Shown here one piece after another: positions 54,088-64,000 of a stretch of 64,000 nucleotides of DNA (its first letter is position 1; the number at the start of each line of letters is the position of its first letter). Position numbers and translations under genes: made by a program. Below the pieces are notes generated by a model, which saw only the letters and a program-made list of their open reading frames with translations, was not told where the DNA came from and did not search any database. This stretch comes from Camelus dromedarius (lineage: Eukaryota), in the NCBI RefSeq assembly GCF_036321535.1, contig NC_087436.1, positions 64,296,001-64,360,000 on the forward strand, given 5' to 3'.

Positions 54088-57000
54088 GTCTATTAGATTT
54101 TTTGCCATAATACTTCCCCCTAATGGATACAACATAAATTTATGGTTCATTTTCTGTCTCTCCCATTCAGAAATTGAGCTGCATGTGGGTAGAGATTGTT
54201 TTCTGTTAGTTTACTGCTGTCCTCCAGGTTTTTGGATTACATGTAGGAGCTCAATAAGTATTCGTTGAATGAAGAAAAAAAAACTAACCCAGTACTCTTT
54301 TCAACATAACCTTATTCACTAGTAACATGTATTGTTTTTTGTCTTACACCTGTAGCTATAGCCAGACTAGACTGAATGAACATATGTTATCTTACCTCTG
54401 TGTTTATTTCAATTTAAACCAAATGGAGAAATGGGTAAGAATTAAAATGATTGAGGCTGCAGTGCAGTGACTCTGGATTATGGGGAAAGGTTGGTCAAAG
54501 TGATTCTGAAATGAAGGTTATCTCAAAAGACATCTTTCAGCAGTGAAGACACAAAAGGATGTAAGATATGATCTGAAAAAAAAGCATGAAAACCAAAAGA
54601 GATTTACATTGAAGCAGAGACCACAAACATAAAATACTACATTTGCAGACATCAAGGCAATTAGAGGACTCAGATCTGAGGAGTGTACAGGTTTGGGGCA
54701 GCATGGTGGCATATAGTTATTTTATTGGATGCCTGTGTGTACTTAGGGCCCCCAGATGGCTCTCTATGCCTTTATTTATACCCTTTCATCTACCAGAAAT
54801 GATTTTGTATATATTTCTTACATTCACTTAAAACTCTGGCAGTATTGAAACATACTAGATATGTCATTTTGATGGAGTGCTTATTATGTGCCTGGCACTA
54901 TGCTTGACAATTAATTTAATTCCTATGAAGGAGGTTCAAATTATTATCCTCATTTAATACAGAAGAAAACTACTGCTTAAAAAGTTTGAGAAAGTTGCTC
55001 ATGAATAAATAGCTTTTGGATAGGAACCATAAATATTTATATTCATTACATTCATAGTCATCTCCCAGAGAATAAAGCTTATTTTTTGGCATATAATACA
55101 ACTCAACAGCTGTTTGTTGAATGAATAGCTCAGTAGATAGATAAATAAATTGTATTAACTTACAAAAAAAAAATAAGAGGTTCACATCAGATGATTTTTC
55201 CCAAATAAACTGTTTGAGTTTTTTTGAAGATTTTAAAAATATTTAAGAGAGTTTTCAAAAATTCTCTTGGCTTGTTTTAAATCCTTTTTCTTGGCAAAAC
55301 TTGCTTTAATACATTTAGTGTTACAGTAAACAAGCCCATAAACCATACAAAACACTATAATTATGCAATTCACCACTTTTTTAAAAGTGCAGATATTATT
55401 TCAGTGGGCTTACATTTTCTCTACAGAAACTGATCAGGGGACCACCAGTACAGAAGAGACTTCAGCTCTCCGTAGATCGTATCTGTGCAGTTACTCTTCC
55501 TCGTGTCATTTTTTTGCTTCAGTAAAAACCACAATTCATTCAGCTTTACATAGTCTTCTATTTCGTTTTGTGAACCAGTTTATAGTTTAGAATGTCCTTG
55601 GACTTAGAAGTTAAAATTCCTAGTTTATCCAGATGTTGTAGTGTGAGAAAAGAAATACAGTTTTAAATGCATATGCTTTTAAAAAGAGCAATTTATGAGA
55701 CAATGTGAATTATCTAAAAGAATACAGATTAATCCCTTTTTTAATATAGACATTGAAAAATACATTTCCCAGTCATAGAAAATTTAAACCGTGTGACTTG
55801 TGATATTTATGGCAATGTGATATCTCAAAATACTATAAATTAAACAACATGCCAGCAACTTGCGATTAATAAAAACCTCACTTACTTATTTCACAGTTTT
55901 CCCCCATAAATTGCACTGCATTAATTTCTATCATGTGCAATTAAATAATGCAGAGATTTGTAAGTACTACAAATGTGAAAATTTTGTGTGCTCTCAAGGC
56001 TCCATTCTGTGATCTACTTCATCTTTGAGACCACCCAAACAGATGCTTGACTTTGAGTCTCTAAACATCTTTATGTAAATGATCATCTTTTGCCAAAAGT
56101 TCAGTTTTTTGTGGCAAATTCTTAGTGCATTTCTGAGATAAGAATATAGGACCAAAATAACAGTTATTTATTACTGAACAAACTAGAGATATAAAGGCAC
56201 TTATTCAATAAGTGCATGCTAAGCATGGTGTTAGGTATTGGGATCTGGTGGGATCTGTTCTATTGTATCTGAAAAAATAACTTCATAAAATAAATTTAAT
56301 GTATAATTTCAGTTGGCCCTAGTATTTTATAATCTTGAATATTCTAGGGTTTCAGATTTTCTCTCACTTTCTTCCAAATATGAGCTATTGATTAGTGAAA
56401 TTGGATTTAAATGTTATCATTGTAGTACATAGATTTTAATTATATCTGCGTCCTGGCTCCCTGGAGAGGAAACATTTTATTTTTATTTTTAAATTTTCAA
56501 GTGCCTGAACGTATTCCGTACATGGTAAATAGACATTTAATACATATTGAATAAGTGAGTGATTGAATGAACATATATCTGTTTCTAGATTTTCCCTTTT
56601 CCCTACTCTTCTTTTCAGGAAAATTCCTTATATTCATAATATGTTATAAGAGTTTTTTCCTAAATTAATATTCATGTAATAGTAAATTATGTTTCTGTTA
56701 AATAGAAATCAAATCATTCATATTTTCCCACAAATTTCTGAACTAGAATAGAATCTCTTTTTGGAGTGACTTTGTATTAAAAAACTATTAAATTAAAATT
56801 GATAAATATAAAGAATTTTTAAAAATATCTCTACTGACTTGTATTCAATATATATCTATAGAAAATTTACTCAATTGCATTCACCTGACAGATGTAAAAC
56901 ATAACCAAAGAAAACATTAAGTGAGAAAGCTAGATATTATTCACACTTTATTATATAATTATAGTTGATTTTTTTTTTTAATAACCAATGGTATCTTTTT

Positions 57001-57598
57001 GTTAAAAGTTCATATGGGGTAAAAAACAGTACAAAACGTTGGCCAAATAAGTGTATAAATAAGAAAAATAAACACTTTAAAGTGCATTAATGGTATTTTT
57101 TAAACTCTTTAAAGTGAAATATATTCATTCTCAAGCCAAGTGACCTCTATCCTTCAACCTAACTCTATTTTATGACTAAGGCATTTACTGGTAACCAGTC
57201 ACCTTGAAAGCATACTTCAGATCAAACCAAGAAAAATAGTGTAGCTTCATCAGACCTACACCATCAGCAGTACTAGAAAAATAACTTAAAAATTCACATT
57301 TTTATAAGGCAACCATATGTATGTGTGTGTGTGTCTGTGTGATTTGTGATCCTTGTATATATTGAGAAAGCAAGCATAAATAAATGTAATAATTGCAATA
57401 AGGTGTATGTGTATAGTCATTTGTCAATATCAGTGTCACTTTAGAACTTTAATAACTAACTTCAAATTTTAGCTTTTAAATAACTTGGCAGAGTGCCTTC
57501 TGAAATCATTGTATCAAGTCATTAAACAAGGTAATAAAAAAATCTTCCTTAAATATTAAGAACAGAATCTTGTTTAAAGAATAGTGAAATATATCAAC

Positions 57599-57704
57599 AT
57601 GAAAAAGAATATATACATGTGTGTGTATGGAACTGAATCACTCTGCTGTACATCAGAGACTAACACAGCATTGTAAATCGACTATACTTCAATTAGAAAA
57701 AAAA
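57599..57704 (+). mobile_element. Very short 5'-truncated artiodactyl-type L1 3' end
   Basis: actgaatcactctgctgtaca...cattgtaaatcgactatacttcaatt plus poly-A; 19-bp TSD aatagtg(a/g)aatatatcaac at 57580 and 57705. Confidence 0.9.
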
Positions 57705-58153
57705 AATAGTGGAATATATCAACCATAGTCAACATTAAACGAGGATCTTGGAAGTACCAGAGGATACAAAGTGATAAATATGAAAATAGATGATCAGCTG
57801 GATATAATTAAAGTTTAATTCAGTGACTCCAGTATGGTTGACAAGAAGATAGGTCAACTTGGGAAATAATTTTGAATTTATATATTTTTAATGATGGATT
57901 TTTTTCTTGGAGTTTGGCAAATTTCTAGGTATTAAAAGGATTCTTTCATTAAAAACAACTTTCATTTTTTCTTGTAATCCTGAAGTCCTGAAATGACAAT
58001 TTGGAGACTTAAAATCTGCAAGATATCTTTGCCCACATAAACTATTTTTAGAAATAGAGAGATTGGCAAATTTGTTATTAGTATAACTCCATATATTATT
58101 TGTTATTAATATTAGTAGTCTCCTCTATATTTTTGTTAAATTTGAATACATCT

Positions 58154-58369
58154 GGAGGGAGGGTGTAGCTCATGATAGAGTGCATGGTAGGGCACGTGCT
58201 TAGCATGCATGAGGTCCTGGGTTCAATCCCCAGTACTGCCATTAAATAAATAAACCAGTCAAACCTAATTACCCCCCCTCCACACACACACACACACACA
58301 CACACAAAATATACAGTGCTGTATGTCAGTTATACCTCAGTAAACTGGAAGGCATTTTTTTTTAAAGTA
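58154..58369 (+). mobile_element. tRNA-derived SINE (Vic-1-like) with an extra 3' segment
   Basis: gggtgtagctca...ggttcaatccccagtac; exact 12-bp TSD ttgaatacatct at 58142-58153 and 58370-58381. Confidence 0.9.
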
Positions 58370-61300
58370 TTGAATACATCTTACAGCTGCATTCTCAACA
58401 ATATGTATTACATTCTATGCCAATTAAATCAAAGATCTGAACACCTACTCTTTACAAATGTCAACATTTTCTTATTATCAATCTATTTAAACCTACTTGT
58501 AAAGTGGCAAGGTTTGATTGAAGTGGGAAAAATAATGCACTTTATTCCTTCATTCTTTTTTGGTATGAATCACAGAAAGCCATTTGTGAATGTAATCATT
58601 CTTTCTGCTCTCCCCTCCAACAACTTCTGATTCAAGTAATGTCTGTAATAATATGTTTTCAGAAGCTTCCTCTACTAAGAGTTTGAGCAAGACTTAATGA
58701 AATCATTTATTTTGAATAACATTGAACATTATAAGATTTTAAACTTGTGTTTTAGTAATTTTAAAAACAATCTTGCTAAAATCATTTTAGACATTCCCAA
58801 CTTTCTTGGGTAAATCAGAGACAGATACATTGTTCAAGCTGCAGTTGGTGAAACTGTGCTGTTTTCTCTCATAGTATCATATTTTGTTTTGTTTTGTTTC
58901 CATCAGAGTTCTTATTATTATTTGTGGGTTATTTAATCATTTGTATATTTAATTGTTTTCGATGTTTATCCCTTTCTCCCATCTGCTTTGTAAATTCTGT
59001 AAGGTCATAGATCAATATTTTATTGGCCATTGAATACCCGTAACCTGGAATGGTGTCTGGCACTTTCTTTAATTCTTAATTTATATTTGCTGAATGAATA
59101 GAATTAAGTTCATCACTGATATGAAGGATTGATATTCATCATTCAGGCATATCAGAATATGTATTTCTCAACCATCATTTTGAAAATTCGTTTTTATTTC
59201 ACAACTTATTTGTTTAATGATTTGAAGAAACATTGATGTAGATGTTTAGAACTTTGATTATAATCTCTTTCAAGAAACTTGCTGTGTGGCCCTGAAAATG
59301 TATTATATAAATGCATTCTATTAAATTTTTTTGTAGGTGGGAAAATTTTACTAACCTCAATGGTATATTTTGTGGTTGATTTGAACAAATATAGTAGAGT
59401 GCTATACATGCCCTCTGTCATTTCATGACATGTTTTCCACTTACACAAATAATCCTGAATATAACCTTTATCATCCATTTCCTGTGATTTTTAAAAATGT
59501 AGTGTTTGAATTCAATTCATATGGCTTTTGAAACTTAAGTGTGTGAGGTGCTTTTCTCTTTTTCAGAATATTTTTGTTGCTTTTATTTTTGTTAGAGAAG
59601 AGAAAAATCTATTCAGAATTTTTCTGGTGGGTTTGCTTCAAAGCTTGGAAGAGATGAGGGTTCACTTCTGAACCAGCCCAACATATTTCACTTTCAGTCG
59701 AAAGATCTTCATTAGTGTCCAGAATTAACCAGTGTATTCTTGGTTTTTTTTTGTTTGTTTGTTTTGTCTAGAATTTATGGTTTCATTTTGGCTAGCTTAT
59801 TTCACATTCTGATCTTTTTTTTTCATGCTTTGGAGAAAAATTTGTCATTAAGTATTTACAAAAACAAGACAAAAAAACTGTCTGGCTAGTCTTCCTATCC
59901 TACAGTTTGTGTTTGGCAAATTTGGCAAACATCTAAAGTTTTCATAGGCTGAGGGATTTGGTTGGCTAATACAGTCCTCATTTACTGATATCACTAAATG
60001 GAGATTAACTGTATTTAAAGCCAGGACTTATATTCAGCATTTAGTGTTTAGTCAATTTCTTGATGAAAATGTATTTGTTTGAAAACATTGCTAATAACAA
60101 TAATAATAAACATTGCTAATTATTTTATCCACCAGGAATAAAATAAAGAAGAAGCATTTCATTTTGCAAGCAGCACCATCAATTTGCAAACTTATTCCTA
60201 ACAAATACATTCTAGTGGAATGAATGTTAACTTTTAGCTGCTATAAATAGGTAATAGGAAACTTTGGCTAGAAATCATATCAGTGTGGATTTGGTCTGGC
60301 TCTTTATGGTTAGATTTATTTTTCTAACCTCAGGTGCATTACTCAGACACTAATGTTCAACACTGATTGGGCGAGTTTATATATATGAAAGCTGTTGTAA
60401 AGCTTATGGATAAAGGATTTATAAACAGTGTTGTATATGTTTTTCAATATTGAAGATTACCAGAGAGGTTATTACGAGGTCTTTTCTGCAGAAGATTTAT
60501 GCTGCTGAATTAGAAAGAGTCTTAACATTGCTTTCCTTAAGGATAAAACAAAACAAAAATTTGTAAGCCACTGAAAGCTCTTTATCCTTTCCAACGAGTA
60601 GAGTGTGTTTGGGAAGTGGGAGGAGGGAAAGGATGCAAGTGCTGCTGGTGTACTTCTCAGTAGTATGTTCAGTGCAGTAGAGAGTTTATTCACTGTTTAA
60701 GAATTCCTTCCCTTCAAAATTAAATATTGTTTAGTCTTAACCTGTGTCATTACTGTTTATTCAAAACTTATATTTATCCTCTCTAGATTTCCTGTATATC
60801 TCTTGTTAAAATCCCTATGACTACAGATTTTCTCTGTTGTATGACAAGAGTAACATAAACCTTAAATTCAGTGATTTGCAAAAAAGAAACCTATATATTT
60901 ATATACTGCAATAAAGTATAATGACAGCATTTGAGAATTAATGCCACATTTTCAAATTAAAGTCTTGACTTTCCATCTTACTGCAGTAGATTTTCACACA
61001 AAGGAAATTTTCGTATTAGTTTTTCTGATATAATATTAAAGTGTATTAAAATGTTAGGAAATATACTTAAAATTCTCAAACTAATAATAGTATGCTATTA
61101 TGGTTTGTGCTATTTAAAAGAAAAGCCCCTGTCAGACACGGTAAATGGAATATTTAACTTTCATTTCTTATTCAGAAATTAGACTTCATTTCACCAAAGG
61201 AATGGCAATCCATAGGCTTTATATTATTGATAATTAGTGTGATATTTTCATATTGCCTTATGTATATCCTGACAGAACCCCCCTTCCTTTGTTCTCTCTG

Positions 61301-61785
61301 TGTGACACACAAGGAGAGTCATTGCTTCTTTTTTCTCACCTATATGACTTTCTGGTTCATGCCTCCCAGTCTTACCACTTTGAGCTAAGCCATAGTTTCT
61401 TGGTATACTAAATGGGGGTGATAATATTAACAAGATTTATAGTTTGGAGTTTGAAATACAATGATACTTTTTAAAAACTGAAATGATACTTTTAAAGCAC
61501 TAGATGTGTATAAGCAATTATCATCATCATATTACTGCAATATTTTTCTCATTAATTCCTAGACTCTGTTATCTTTCACTCCAATCTGAATAATATATTT
61601 TAAGCTTCTGAAGATTAATTTCATTAATATTATTATTATGTTATTCCATTATGCTGTAATCTTCCATTGCCCTGTATAAATTGGGCTATATTCTCAATCT
61701 GATTTTAAGGCTCTTTTTGATTTCACTACTATTTAATTCTTTCTGTGTACTCCTGCATCTCTTGGGAATATATCTTTTCCCCCAT

Positions 61786-62277
61786 GTTTATTGAGATAAT
61801 TGATGTGTAATATTGTATATTTTAAGGTGTATAACATGTTGATTTGATACACGTATATGTTGTGAAATGATTACTACAGTAGAGTTAGTTAACACCTTCA
61901 TCACCTCAGATAATTGCCATTTATTTTTGTGGTAAGAACATTTAAGGTCAACTCTTGTAGCACCTTTCAAGTATATAATACAGTTTGGTTGACTGTAATC
62001 ACCATGCTATATATTAGATCTCCAGAACTTATTAAGTGTATAACTACTAGACATTTATACCCTGTGACCAACATCTCCCCATTTACCTTATCCCGCAACC
62101 CCCACCAACCACTATTCTAATCTCTGTTTCTATGAGTTTGGCTATTTTAGATTCTATATAAAGTGATATCATACAGTATTTGTCTTTGACTTACATCGCT
62201 TAGCATAATGTCCTCAAGGTTCATCACTGTTGTTACAAATGGCAAGAATTCCTTCTTTCACATGACTAAATAATATT

Positions 62278-62318
<41 letters not shown>

Positions 62319-62425
62319 CTGCTCTATCCATTCATCCCTCGATGGGCACTTAGGTTCTTTCCATGTCTTGGCTATTGAGAACAATACAGTAATGAACACG
62401 AGGGTACAGATAATTCTTCAAGATC
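61786..62425 (-). mobile_element. L1 (L1MA-like) 3' end containing a (TG)n run
   Basis: Antisense L1MA 3'UTR; minus ORF 62214-62399 MFITVLFSIAKTWKEPKCPS resembles the L1 ORF2 C-terminus. Confidence 0.9.
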
Positions 62426-62853
62426 CTCACTCAAGATACTGAATATAACTTTCTTTACTCAGAATTTCTGCCTGGAATAGTTATTATCTTTTTGCCCATG
62501 TTCACATAGTATTTCATCTTTTAAGGCTATCTCAAGTTTGCTTCCTTCAAAAATCTTTCTTGAGCAATGAAACGTATAGCTTCATTACTTTTTCATCTGT
62601 TTTACACTTTCATCGTACTTCATGATGGTTAAGCTTTGCATAGGTGTGTGCGATCTCTCTGTGACTGTAAGCTTTTAGAGTGACATGGAGAGACTTAGGA
62701 AGAGTCTCAGTACTTTTGCTCTGGATCATCTGCCCGTCTACCCTCCCCTGTCATGAACTTTCACCCATCTGATCTTACTGTCGTTATTCTATAACCTTTG
62801 GTTTTAGGAATCATGGATACTGTCTTTTGGCTTTTGGGATTTTTGCCACACTC

Positions 62854-63475
62854 ACATTGTTAGTCAGGGTTCTCCAGATTGTTTTCCAGTTTGGTTCACA
62901 AGGAATGAAAATTTCTAAAACTGTGTCATGTTTCCTTATCACAATTATCTATATGTAGATATATATATATATTTATACTGGAGTTAGTGAGAGATTAATA
63001 TAAAAATATTTAATATGAGAGATTGACTTACCCAATTATAGAGGCTGAAAAGTCCCATGATTTGCTATCTGCAAGTTGGAGGCACAGGAAACAAGTGATG
63101 TTCCAGTCCAAACTCAAAAACCTGAAAACTCAGGGAGCCTATGGTGTATGTCCCCATTGGAGTTCAGAAGGCCACTGGTAAAAGTCCAAAGGCCTGAGAA
63201 CCAGGAGCACAATGTCAGAGGGCAGAAAATAGATATCCCAGCTTAGGCAGAAAGAAAATTTACACTTCCTCTGCCTTTTTCTTGTATTCAGACCCTCAGC
63301 AGCCCACCTAAATTGGTGAGGTTGCTCTTTGTTAGTCTTACAGAAAGAATCAAATGCTAATAATCTTTGCTAATCTTTTCCAGAGACACTCTCAGGGACA
63401 TACTCAGAAATGTTTTACCAGCTACCTGGGCATTTCTTAGCCCAGTCACATTGACACACAGAATTAAACATCACA
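62854..63475 (-). mobile_element. ERVL LTR (MLT2-like)
   Basis: ttagtcagggttctccaga...gcccagtcacattgacacacagaattaaacatcaca matches reverse-strand MLT2 termini. Confidence 0.85.
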
Positions 63476-64000
63476 CACATGAATGTTTATCATTTTCTTG
63501 ATTTTGTGTGATACCTCTGAAGCTCCTTCTGCCACACTCTTGGAATCCCATTCTGTACAGAATAACTCCTAGGTCTGAGATAATCCCAAAGTGGAGAGGG
63601 AATTTAAACAACAACCATGTCTTATGTTTAATAACTCCCAGCAGCCACATTGTAGCTGATAAATATGCATTTAGAAATTAAATTGCCATATCCCTTAAAA
63701 TTTCTTTTGAATTGTATAATTCTTTTTACTGAATTCTTGTTTGTCTTGAAATTATAATTTTTACTCTTAGAACATTTTGAACAGCCAGTTTGGAGTTTCT
63801 GACATTTAGAAAAAGCCTGGGATAATTGCGGTATGTGAAACTTGACACAGTTTTAGAAATTTTATCCCTTATGAATATAATTGGAGGACAGTGTGGAATG
63901 TAATTTTATTAAATGTTGAAAACTTATAACAAGTAGATATGAATTGATTTATTCAGACACTTGCTATGTTTTTAGGCAATCTCCATGTGGACAATTTAAT

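Overview
AT-rich mammalian genomic DNA, most likely from a camelid (camel, alpaca or llama), judged from two tRNA-derived SINEs that I recognise as Vic-1-like and from artiodactyl-type L1 3' ends. It reads like a very large intron or gene desert full of old and lineage-specific repeats (L1, L2, MIR, MaLR, ERV1/ERVL LTRs, hAT transposons, microsatellites). No complete gene is visible and I cannot name a host gene. Two sharply bounded GC/CpG-rich islands stand out. The first (~11215-11730) holds a 204-nt, frame-symmetric, splice-bounded + strand exon candidate, and a CpG-depleted partial duplicate of its 5' end sits 762 bp downstream. The second (~35020-35650) is promoter-like (GC boxes, CCAAT, YY1, splice donors) and is followed by six minus-oriented ERV1-type solo LTRs within about 6 kb. 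One of these is MER41-like with tandem GAS (STAT) motifs, and two form an LTR-in-LTR-in-L2 nest with exact TSDs. Other oddities are a 432-nt pure pyrimidine tract and a SINE insertion carrying an extra L1-derived 3' segment inside one TSD pair. I see no clearly new biological system. Repeat family names come from memory of consensus sequences, not from a database search, and their boundaries are approximate unless TSDs are given.
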